A DNA stretch of 64,000 bases from Guillardia theta CCMP2712 (lineage: Eukaryota; Protista; Cryptophyta): the NCBI RefSeq assembly GCF_000315625.1, contig NW_005434673.1, positions 62,001 to 126,000 of the forward strand. The letters are read 5' to 3'. This document shows positions 1-10,876 of this stretch, piece after piece. Both the position numbers and the translations under genes were made by a program. Position 1 is the stretch's first letter, and every line of letters begins with the position of its first letter. The notes under the pieces were generated by a model. It was given only the letters and a program-made list of their open reading frames with translations, did not search any database and was not told where the DNA came from.

Positions 1-554
1 CAAACTCTATCAGAAACAATTTGAATTATCTTGGTTACGTGGAGATAATTCGTAAGATTAAAACCTCGTCCTTCTCCTGCCCCCTCCCTCCATCCTTATT
101 TCTTTGTCTCGCTTCTTATCCTAGAATCGGGGGATCTCCTGAACTGAGAAATTCCTCACATAGCAACCAGCTTCTCTTCTACTACTGTTCTACACTTCTC
201 CCCTGATTATAATCAGATCTCATCAAGTTTCTAATCTCTGATCTCTGATCGCTCATCTCTCATCTTTCATCTTTCATCTTTCATCTAGCGATTCTTAGCA
301 TTTTCCGTCTGTTTCTTTTCTTCCCCCGTTCTTACGTCTCCTCTCCTATACTCCCCAACCCCCTGTGATTCCACCCCACCCCTTATTTTACTACCCCTAT
401 TGACTAGTACCCCTACAGTCTATAGCACATTCCAGGAATCTGAAATCGCATCTGTTTGTTCCCCAGTACCCCTACCCTAATTTTGTCTCACTACCCCTAT
501 CTCCCAGTGCGACCTCCTCTTCTTCGGAAGTTCCCTTTACAGGGCACACGGCCT

Positions 555-750
555 CAAGAGTCTTGAACAGCCGGACCGCCGGGCCATGGCAGCCTGTCAG
601 ACGGTCAAACCGGCGGCCCGGCTGGCCCGGCCGGTGGCAGGCCCCCGACGCACTGAAGCTGAGCTCAGCTGGACTCGGGCCAGCTGGACTAAAACGCCGA
701 AGTTTCCGAAGTGACTGTGGCAGTTCACTGGCAGTCACGCGGGCCAAGTT
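555..750. repeat. GC-rich CCGG/GGCC-dense patch of unknown nature (similar in character to 36170-37000)
   Basis: Abrupt composition switch with many CCGG/GGCC words, CAGCTGGACT twice and several GTGACTG/CAGTCAC-like words. No convincing ORF. Confidence 0.45.
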
Positions 751-798
751 GTGATGTAATGTCTGTAATCAAGTAAAGAAAACGGTGGCTATGATGCG

Positions 799-2402
799 CT
801 ACAACTTTGAGTTGTAACGATTAGGTAAACGCGCGGGGCTCTGGAGGAACGTTTGTTTTCTTGGCGTCTTGATCCTTTGCGGAGTCCCCAGGCCTGTTCT
901 GACGATCTCGTTCACCTTGGAGGAAAACTTCAAAGGAGTTCTCGCATCCTTGCATGTCTCTGGCTCAGAGCTTTGCAGTAGATGGTTACGTGGCCCTCCA
1001 GGAGTAGGCCTGACAAGGATGTCAGAAATCTACCGCGATCGAGAAAGTGTCACCTGGAAGGAGTTTCTCTACGAAAATTTTTCATGGGAGTTGTAACTCG
1101 GATGATGTCTTCACACATACCTGCTCACATTGACCGTCTGTGAATGGAAAACTTTCCTATACCAACAAGAGGAAGAAGGCATTACCCGTTATTCTTCTAC
1201 AAAAGTCCTTCGCGCTTTCTTGCTCAACATCCCTCCTCCTCTTGCGTTCATCTTTCATCTTCTGATACAACTCGCTGCAAACGATTTCTGATCGATGTGG
1301 AGTTCTTGCTGAAAGCGAAGGACGGTCGCAGTAGCCCGGGCTCTTGCTTTCATGGTCGTTGGGCAGTCGATGTGCTTCATAGTAAACGTCATCACACTGA
1401 AAGAAAACTTCGAAATCAGTTGAACTCTGAATCTCACCTGACTTCAATGTTGTAGGAGAATTTCTTGAGTTATTGTTTGGCAAGTCCCATTTCCTAGACA
1501 ATATTGTCAATGGGACGAGGACAACTATGCTCAAGGAAACATTTACATCTTTCCTCCTTCGTCTTGAGCCAAGCAAAATTCATGACAGGAAGACAATGCA
1601 AGGGCTTCTTCTTGATTGATATCATTCTTCGGTGTGTTTTTCGGACTCTTGATGGTTCCAAACTTCTTGCTGAGTGAGTTTGGCGAATGCTCTTTACCAT
1701 CAGGAGAATCCTTCACGGGTGTCTGATTTCCCGGCGATCTGAGCTTAGGTGAGAATTTCCGTCCGTTTGAGATCACATCCCTTGAAGGAGAACTATCGTC
1801 CTGACGGTGAAGTGAATACAAGGTAAGATCAAACATCAGTGCAAACCTGCTCCTGCGATTGCAAAGCCAATATTTCCTTGCGGGCACCCTCATGATTCAC
1901 AAGTTCAGATATGATGTCCTTTGTCTACAGAGTAAAGTCAATTGGATTGCATGATAGCGCATCTGATTCAAAACTCCCAACCTTCCTTGAAGCCTTGATA
2001 CCATGTTTTTTTGAGAGTAATTGCAAATCAGATCTGCTTTGAAATTGCAAATAACTTTCAACAGCATCTTTTTGCGTTTCCTCCTTTCGAACCTGTCCGT
2101 GATAGTGAGAATCACACAGTCCATCAGTCCTGTTCCATTATCAACCTCCTCTAATGTCATCTCCTGAGTCGGGTCCTTATGAATCTGCAGCGCTAGCTCC
2201 GAACGGAGTTGAGCGACAATATTTTCATTCTGTGCAAACATTAAACATTCAAATCAATTGTGAAGGACAAAGGGGCTACCGTTTGATTGGCTTTGATTCC
2301 AAAAGCCTTGGCCATCTGCTGCAATTCTTTCCTCTTCTTGTGGATGAGCCCATCAAGAAAGTCTTGATTCACAACTTCCGGAAACAAGGAAGAATCGCCC
2401 AT
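799..2402 (-). CDS. Multi-exon gene: N-terminal SAP/HeH-like motif (NuSAP-like) and a long disordered tail rich in CDK consensus sites
   Basis: The first exons join as MGDSSLFPEVVNQDFLDGLIHKKRKELQQMAKAFGIKANQT|NENIVAQL, resembling the NuSAP1 N-terminal SAP-like motif. Later exons carry TPVK, TPMK, TPLK, TPQR, TPRK and SPAR. Stop TAG at 799-801. GT-AG introns of about 45 nt. Confidence 0.6.
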
Positions 2403-2699
2403 ATTTTTCAGCCTTGTTGCCTCTTCCTTCAACGAACAAATGAAGCCTTGAGCTCTATCTCTGCTCTTTGTAATGTGTCGGACCTCTCCTTTGGTTCTAC
2501 TCCCTCCCTTCCTCCTCTTCTCTATTCTCTCTCGCTTCCACTGGTTCCTCTTGCCTCGTCCCCGACTAAAAAAATTCCACGCATTTTTGAATCCAAAGGC
2601 TACACTATGTTGAATAGGGTGGGGGTAGGGGGGTAATGTCGTGACAACCCAATAAATCATATACAAAAGGACCGGTGCAAAGATTTTCAGGATGGTACG

Positions 2700-3812
2700 G
2701 GTTGTTTGTAATCAGCGAGGCGGGCTCGTGTTTCCAGCGAGACAACCTACTGCATGGCTACTCCGAAGTGGAGAGCCAACTACACCTTACAACGGTCCCT
2801 AGCAAGTCGAGGACGAGGACGAGGACGAGGGAGACGGAAAGGAGTACGAATTCATGACAATTCGCATCCTTACAAAGGAGAGCTGTCTTGTACAGAGCTC
2901 GCGTGAGGATCTTTACTGCAGAAATAGAAAGATTCGTTAACATGTTTCAGATATTCATACTTGAGACACTAAGGGGATTGTAGTCATCATCGTGAAGATC
3001 AAAAATAATTGCACATCAACATCCGTTTGAATGAGCAGCAGCAAGCGTCTTCATCCACGCCATGGTAGCCATGCCCTGTTCAAAGCGACAGGCAGAAGGT
3101 CAGGGACTATCAGTATCATGAGGCTCTTCGTTACCGGGTGACCTCCCTTGGCCAAGTCTCTCTCGTACTCAACGCGTGCCTGACCATGTGATCAGACAGG
3201 CATATCAACATACTACGAGGTTTCACCTGAGCAAACGAGCGAGCTGCCATGCGGCAAACAAGGTCGGGACCAGGATTGATGGGCATGGGACCAATACCAC
3301 TCAACATAGTTCGCTGTTGCTTTCCATACATATTGTTTTGCTGAATGCAGCAAGTCATTTAAAGGCAGGGAAAGGCTTCCTGTTGAAGCTACTGCCCTCA
3401 TGTTTCTTTCATCCTTCCCTCCTCGTTCCAATGATCATCCATAGCGATCGCTCTTCATTCCCGCGCACACTCCACAACTCTGCATTGAATCTTGTCTAGA
3501 TCCTTTCTTTTTATCTGCTCCTCATCTCAACGTGGTCAGCTGGCTCATCAACCTCCATGGCATACCCAAACTCGCTCTTCCCTCCATTTCCCAACTCTGC
3601 AAGGTCTACAAGTGGATGCTTTCCCTGGCTAACACAAATGTATATTTCTTTCTCCTCCTGATGCCTTGCAGCTCCTCCTTCCCATCAGTTTTCCTCCTCC
3701 TTATCATCTTCCTCCTCCATATAGTCCACAACTCGTCCTCCTCCTCCTCCTCCTCCTCCTCCTCCTCCTCCTCCTCCTCCTCCTCGCTCACCTCAGCAAG
3801 CTCTCCGAACAT
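2700..3812 (-). CDS. Probable multi-exon gene of unknown function (boundaries uncertain)
   Basis: Short reading frames separated by GT..AG segments, e.g. EIYICVSQGKHPLVDLAELGNGGKSEFGYAME|IKRKDLDKIQCRVVE. No family recognised. Confidence 0.3.
3736..3785. repeat. (TCC)n microsatellite
   Basis: About 16 perfect TCC units. On the minus strand it follows a GTGAG donor, so it is probably intronic rather than poly-Glu. Confidence 0.95.
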
Positions 3813-4254
3813 GAACGGCTGTTCGCCTGCACACCACCCCTACGAGTACCCTACCCCCTATCCAATTTCGATATTTTTGTACCCCATCATCTCTCTTTAA
3901 TTTTGTGGACATCTCCTAGGTAGGGTGGTATACCCCCCCCCCCATCAATGTGATATTCAGTTACATACGTTACATCTATCTATTTTGGGCTGGTAATGCC
4001 GGCGAGAGCGATGGGAAAAGAAAGATAGGGAAGGAATGAAGGAGGGTGGAGAGCCATTGACGAAAACGGAAAGGATGACATGATGACAACAGTGACAGAG
4101 CAGAAGAGAGAGAAGGATCAGGTCTTGTGATGATGTAAGGTCGTTAGTTGGAAATTCGATAGTGCGGGGAGTGGAACCACAACCGCGATTGTGCTTCCTA
4201 TCTCTCTTCTGTTGTCTTCATCCTCACCCTTCCACAATCACACGACTCTTCAAT

Positions 4255-4800
4255 ATGTTTTCCATCATAATATACAGCCTTGTTTTCATCCTGCTTGCCG
4301 TCACATGCTCGTCACAGTAATGCACGATAGATGATGTAAATGAAACTGCTGCCGATGCAGCGGAAAGAAGAGGACGTTTATAAGCAAAACCATGAGATGT
4401 AGAGGTTGAAGTTAGGCATTACAGTATGGTTTCAGATTCGGCTCAATCAGAAGGAGAGGGTTCTTAGGAACTCAGAATTGCCAGTCGTGTCGAATCTTGT
4501 TTTCATAAGTTACACTCATCGTTGATTGTTGTTGTCTTATGTGTGACTTGGATCGTGCAGGTCGTTGGAGACCATGTTTCAGGTTTGGAGACATTTCTCC
4601 TCTCTTGATCTTCTCGGCGCTTATTACGCCGACAACGTCAATGATGGACTTCGTGGGAATGTAGAGCGAACGCCTTCACGATTGCAGTCTTGACTGACAT
4701 GTCCACAGTCGCCTTCATGCGATGGGATGGGACCGCAGAACAACAGGCACGTAGGTGACGGCAGGTTCTGTCAGGTCAGTTGCACCCGTGGTTGTCAAGT
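4255..4800 (+). CDS. Possible small multi-exon gene with a hydrophobic N-terminus
   Basis: MFSIIIYSLVFILLAVTCSS followed by a GTAATG..GCAG intron. Downstream exons are unresolved. Confidence 0.25.
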
Positions 4801-4849
4801 TGTGTTTTCATTTCCGATGTTTCAATCTTTGTTCATGTTGTGTTCAGTC

Positions 4850-6924
4850 TTCATGGTCTGACGAGAATGCTGGGCAGCCCGAAAACTTCTTGTCTCCAAA
4901 AGAGCGCGAGGCAACACTTGGGATCTAAATTTAACTGTCTAGCGACGACATACCGCTCACAGAACTTCTTGTTCCACCTGCACATGTTATGACTTTTGTA
5001 GTAGATTGATGCTACCATCACGTTACCTATTGTTGCCTCTCTCAGCATGTCTTTTTCTCGCCATGCTGGACATTAGAGTCCGTCTCACTGTCCCTGCAGA
5101 GTAACTACGCACTTTGCCGAATTTCCGAGTCATGTGTCTTTCGAGCAGAAATTCTGATGCATGGAACAGAAGCAGCTGGGGCGTCGAGGGCACAGCAGGC
5201 ATCCTTCGGGGTGCTGCGGAAAGGGATGAGCAGGAAGTAGAAGAAATGAGAGCAGCAGCAGGCGACCTGACATCTCTTCTTCATCACGTTGAACAAGTCG
5301 TTAGCTTCGCTCTCGTTGTGCGTGTACATGAAGTACGATTTGCCGTGACGGGAGCAGAACAGCGCCGGGCCTTCTCCTCGTCTGCGTAAGGTGCCAGTAA
5401 GCTGGACCTACAGAACTCAAAACGGTTATGAATCCTCTTCCTCACCCGAAGGAAGCTCGGAGTTGACACCCCAACACACCACAGAGCCGCTTGGACATTG
5501 CGAGGTTGAGCATACCATGAAGCTTGTGGGACCCGCATCGTTCCTTCTTCCCCTGCTTCCCGTCCTATCCCAACATGAGACACCGATGACCCCCATCAAG
5601 CCCTCTCATCACCCTGCCAGGGAAGCCGAAGATCGCTTGCTTCAAGCAGCCGCCCTGCCATGAGCATGAGGAGCAGCAGGCGGAGAGACTCGCTGAGAGC
5701 TACAGGGAAGCCGCAACGCTTGGTGATCACGTCGAACAAATCCGATGTCCGATGAACAGCGCAGGAAAAGGCTCTGCTTGAGTTTCTTGAACAGCGTCTC
5801 CTTAGCACGAGAAGAGACAGACAAGACACGCTCACAAGTGACCGTAGATAGCCCTCCTGCTGCATCCCTCCTCATGGCACCGTGTGCCGATACACAGGCC
5901 GTCCTTCTCCTGGATTAACCCGCATGTAAGAAGGCACAGGATGCCATGGGAGATAGCAAGACCTTGCGATGCTGGCGGCACCTCCGTGCAAACCAGTCTG
6001 ACTGATTCCCGTACGTTGGGCTGCGATCACAGCCAGGGAACTCACACCTCCGGGAGCGAAGGTTGACGTCCGACGCCAACTTGTGCTCGCTGCATCGCGT
6101 GTAGATGCCCGAGGAAAGGTTTCCGTAGATCGGCTGGAAGGACAAACCGCGTCAGATACAGATCCTCCTCCTCCATCATCACCTGTCGCACGCATCCCCT
6201 GACTTCACAACTTGTCGACCGCAGGTTGACATGTGACGCATGGCGATGCAGGGCACAAAAGCGGTCGGAGGTATTGCTGGTTCTACTACCGTAGATCGCT
6301 CTGTTGGTGCAATTCTTGCAAACCCAAGAGATGTTGCGTAACTTCTTGGTGCCAGGCCTTACTCCTCGCTTACCGACCAAAGATGGTACCTGAAAGGTGA
6401 CATGTCACAACAACAACCGCACCAAGATCTATTCCTACGCGGGATTGTGGTTTCATGAGTGAAGAGCAATTAGATCTCAAAGAATGCGAGGTGTTAGATG
6501 AATTCGACTCAGTTCTCGACATGTTGAATACTGCTGATGAGTTTGTCTTGTCCTCCTTGATCGTCTCCCTCATGTACGGCGAGAGCGTTGGGGCCTACAC
6601 TTCCAACTTCAGTTGTGATGGCAGGACATGGGATCCGTCTCACCCGACTGATTTCAGGAGGCATCGAGTTGTTCATCACAAAGAACCTGAATGGGACTTC
6701 ACAAACTGCCACGTACTTCCTTTCACCTACCTGCTCTCTGCTGGAAAGATTGGGCAGTGAGACCAAGGGTCTGTCGTGATGCCGGTATGTTCCTTCTCTT
6801 CCCCCGCTCCATTTAACCGTCGTGCGGTTGAGGTCATGTGATTGAGACTCGTGATGGAGACGGACGAGAATAGTAATGAGACGAAGAGAAGAGACAGTCG
6901 AACAAGTAGTGTATGACTTGTCAT
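4850..6924 (-). CDS. EsV-1-7 cysteine-rich repeat protein (6-7 repeats) with N-terminal signal peptide
   Basis: Spliced exons give repeats such as CEFPGCDRSPTYGNQSDWFARRCRQH, CHEEGCSRRAIYG..SCAVHRTSDLFDVITKR, CGFP|GGCLKQAIFG..RCGSHKLHGMLNL and CGVLGCQLRASFG..LFCSRH, matching the C-x4-C-x4-(Y/F)G..C-x2-H pattern. The first exon MTSHTLLVRLSLLFVSLLFSSVSITS joins downstream exons in frame. 3' end approximate. Confidence 0.75.
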
Positions 6925-8153
6925 CCGTCGCCAGAGATAATTGGACTTCTAACCACTTGTGGGCACGCAAAACATCCAGAGTGGATGAGAGTGGATGTTG
7001 ACCTGATATCACATGTTCAGCATAACTGTCAATTGTGGTGGATTCCTGACGATTGACTGTCGTGTCTCTCGTTCAATCATAGTGCTGTGTTTCTATGACA
7101 GATTTGTCAGGAAAGAGGCTTCTCCAGCGGCCTCAAGTGATGTTGTAGTCTGTTGGATCATCGAAGTTCTGCGCATTCAATACGAAGGGTCCTTCTTCTC
7201 TTCTGTCTTTCTGTTCCCTTTCGAGAGTCTCTCCACTTTCCCGCATTGCCTTCGCATACATCTGCCGTAGTATCTTGCTCCCATCAGCGTTTCTCTTCCT
7301 TCGCCTTCCCCTCTCCAATTGCATGCTTCATTTCCACACCACCAGCCCCATCTACTATCCAACTACCCCGAATTCTTCCTATACGGGAAAGGGGGTAAGG
7401 GTACTACAGTAGGGGTACATATCAAGGATTTTCCTAGGGTGAAAGATGTTTTCGAGGGGTACTCCCTCATGGGTAATGGGTGTAGGTGATCCTAGGCACT
7501 AAGTGATTACTAAGACCACCAGGTCCTATCTTCTCTACAATTTCCTGTCCTATGGTCATATGAAGAGGTCTTAGAATTGGTCGTAGGTAGGTCATATTCT
7601 AGTTATGAAATTCAGTCAGAGGAGAGTCCTAGGAAGTTGTTAGCAACGGAGGCGCGGGTGGCCGACGATGCAGGTGAACAGCAGGCAAGGAGGGCGTCGA
7701 TGGAGGGAGGGGATGAAAAGTCGCAGTGGTAGAGAGACATTCTTAGTTCAACCAGATGTAAACACATATTTCCAACGGAATGAAGGGCAATGACGGCCGG
7801 GGGATGGTGGCAATGCAAGGAAGAATGAGCAGGCTCCTGTAACGGAGGAGGGAGGGGGGAGGAGCTTCATGGGGAGGGGTGAGGATTTGGATGCCGGAGG
7901 CAAAGAAAGATAGAGAATAGACACATTTCTTGTTAACGGAGAGGATCCCAAAATGCGTATGAGGGGGGGCTGAGTTGTTCCTTGAACCGGAATGGACAGT
8001 GCTGTGTCTTGTCGTTTTCTTGCATGAGAACGCATCACCCCTCTGTCTCCTTTTGCACCTCTCTACAACAAATATGTGCCTTTGCTTTTATGTGTGATTA
8101 CAACATAGTTGTGAAATGTGATTTTGTACCCGCTGATGTTTTTAACGATTCTT

Positions 8154-8674
8154 ATGGAACAGCGCTACTTGAATACGGCTCGATCACTCTGTAAAGTTCA
8201 AGTTCCTCGCTTTGCTTTGCGCAACTGGGCTCCTTTGACCTCCAGTAGATTTCTCTCTACTGAAGCAGCAGTAGAAGAAGATGATGAAGATGTTGTGGGT
8301 TACGTGGAATACGATATGTTCGATGAGACGTACATGACCGAGAAGGAGAAAGCATACATCAGGAAGATTGAGCGAGGTGTCGGTGATCTCAAGAAGTTCG
8401 CTGCCGAGACTCCTGTTACTCCAGAAGAAGTGGTAAGTTTCCGCTTCAAATTTCCTTTTCTCTGGTCTTTACCTGTGATCAGGCCCAGTGCATCGTGAAT
8501 ATGATCCAAACTCAGCTAGAAGAGAACATGGATGTCGTTGAGACCGTGCCTGAACAAGATTATGCAACGGCGGTTGACATTATCAACCAAGAGAAAATTA
8601 AGCTTGGTCTGGACAAGCTGGATGTGGAGCCTCGCCGGCAACTATCTCTCAGGCAGATGTTCCAGCACGATTAA
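8154..8674 (+). CDS. Small acidic protein with mitochondrial-presequence-like N-terminus (2 exons)
   Basis: MEQRYLNTARSLCKVQVPRFALRNWAPLTSSRFLST leader, then an acidic body. Intron GTAAGT..ATCAG at about 8433-8482. Ends ..RQMFQHD, TAA at 8672-8674. Confidence 0.6.
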
Positions 8675-8905
8675 GCAGTTGGTTCAGGTTGTTGTGATAT
8701 CTGATTAAGCCGTTCACGAGACAATCTGCGGGTAGTGCCGCGAAAGAGTCTATTTGAGGGACAGCAAGAATCAGGAATAAAGTAGAAATCGCAAAATTCT
8801 CAATTTCCTTACAGAGAACCATGCCTATGCTAACCTACAGTGGAAATTAGTCGACATATGCTCCATAGCTGCTCCAGAATGCCAACGCGAAGAGACGGAT
8901 CGGAT

Positions 8906-9396
8906 TTAAGCCTTCTTTTCGACAACCAGCAGAGGGTGCAATTCCCACACCTCCTCGCCGTTCTTCACCAAAACTTGCTTCACTACACCTGCTGATCGAC
9001 AGCGAGCTTCGACGGATGCTTTACAAGTCTCAATCACCGCAACTACCATGTCCTCATCGACTGTGTCTCCTTCCTTGCAACAGATCTCCACCACTTCGCC
9101 GAGCTCAGCCGGCACTGCCATGCCTCCAGCTGGGAGTGCACTCACGTCAAATACCGAGAAATACGGACATCAACAGACTTACGTCCTGAGACTTCAGGTG
9201 AGAAGACTACAAACTCATTCGTGCCAAGCTTTGGTAGCTCTCCTTCATACTTGGCTTGCTTGGCAATTGACGGCATGAAAGTCCTGACGTGTCCTGGACT
9301 TGGCCTTGCATTCTGAAACTGATGGACTCCTTTGCTCCATGTACTCCGGGCTTTGATTAGAAGGCTCCTTGCAATGCATCGATTAACAAGTGCCAT
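8906..9396 (-). CDS. Stand-alone lipoyl/biotinyl-attachment domain protein, mitochondrial-type presequence
   Basis: Exon 2 GEVVEICCKEGDTVDEDMVVAVIETCKASVEARCRSAGVVKQVLVKNGEEV matches 2-oxoacid dehydrogenase E2 lipoyl domains. Leader MALVNRCIARSLLIKARSTW is Arg-rich. One GTAAGT..CCCAG intron. Stop follows the domain directly. Confidence 0.85.
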
Positions 9397-10876
9397 CCTG
9401 TGAGATGTGGCTTGAAGTAGGACAGAAGTAGGGCAGATGGGATGGCTCTGTGTTAGAACAAGATTCCCTTGCTTTGTGATGATCTTGACCTTGAGATCAA
9501 ATGGCACAAACGCACATCACATGAACCTTCTGAAAACGAAAGAAGAGGAAACGGGTCAGCTATGGTTGGAAGACTGAACTTAAGCGAGGTTTCAAGTATA
9601 GCAAAAATCATGGTAGCTCTGTCGCAACAGGCTCCGACCATGGACAACTATTCTGCAACAGAATCTTCGTGCAACAACACAAAGTTTGCATCATTCCCCC
9701 GGGAATATCACACATCTTTCAACTAGTGCAATGGATTAAAAGATATGATGCCAGAAAGACAACCAATGCACTCAGTTCTAGTTCATTCTCCCTCTCTCGA
9801 ATTTCACTTTGAAATATTGACAGGAGAAAAACCTAGCACTTCACCTATGAAACTGAAGGCCACGAGATTCATTTCAGATTCTGCACATCGACTCGCTTCA
9901 TCATTCTATCACCGAACTTTCGAACATTTCTCTCTTTCTACAGCATTTCCTTCTTCGTCCTTTCTCTTCGCCATGACTAATCCTCCATTTGCTCGCATGG
10001 ACGGCCCCTCCACAGACATCCCACCCACCCCATCTTGCTTTATACATTTTATCACCCCTACCCACTACTGGAAATGTAGAGCGTAATAGAAATAACCCCT
10101 ACGTGGGGTGGTCACAAGTAACCACCCCACGCTGACTTCCCCATACCAGATCACCCACCCCGCGGAATCCCATCTCTGCAAAATAACTTGTAATTGGGGT
10201 ACCAGTTGATAAAATATCGCATCAGCTTGTCGTAAAGGTGGGTAACAAATGGGATAAAATGAGGTAGGGGTACTCACAGTAGGGGTGTGTCGATACAAGA
10301 AGGGGTGGAGAAAATGAACTCATACCGGACACCACAAGGAATTTTTGATTTTGGACCCCACCCACCGAAGTAGACACCCTGGACCTATACAAGGGGGTAC
10401 ATTATCGCATGTTGTTCGGCAATGAAGGGCCTGTGAAGAGCCGGGAAGAGGAAACGAAGAAGCAGCAGCAGCCAGAGGAGAAGGAGAATGATGATGATGA
10501 TCAAAAAGTGAAGAAGAAGAAGATATGGACGTGGAAAGATATGTAGGGAGTGCAGACAAGGAGGCCGAATGGAGACGAGGGAACGAGGGGGCTGGGACGC
10601 AGGACGCGAGGAGAGGAGGGAGGAAGAGCATATTGAGGACGGAGAAGCAGCGAGAAGGATGTCATTTTTTCGGCCGCAAAGAGAAAGAAGGCAAGGGATT
10701 GGGCGAGAAAGAAGAGACTTGGAAGGAGCGAGGGGGGGTTGAGGGCATTGCTGGCTCGAAGGAAGAAATTCAATACGTCTTTGAGTGACTTTATGGCATC
10801 TCTAGGAGATTAATAGTTGACAACTCACTTGTCTTTATAGCTTCTGGTAACCGGCATGCTTTCTTCCTAGTGGAAT

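Noticed and set aside
390-500. Telomeric repeat
   Set aside because: The TACCCC words are irregularly spaced and recur at many internal intergenic sites, not as a tandem array.
5114-5663. Plus-strand ORFs 5114-5389 and 5391-5663
   Set aside because: Antisense to EsV-1-7 exons and introns on the minus strand.
4850-6924. Endogenous giant-virus insertion
   Set aside because: The gene is intron-rich with host-like composition, and no viral hallmark genes lie nearby.
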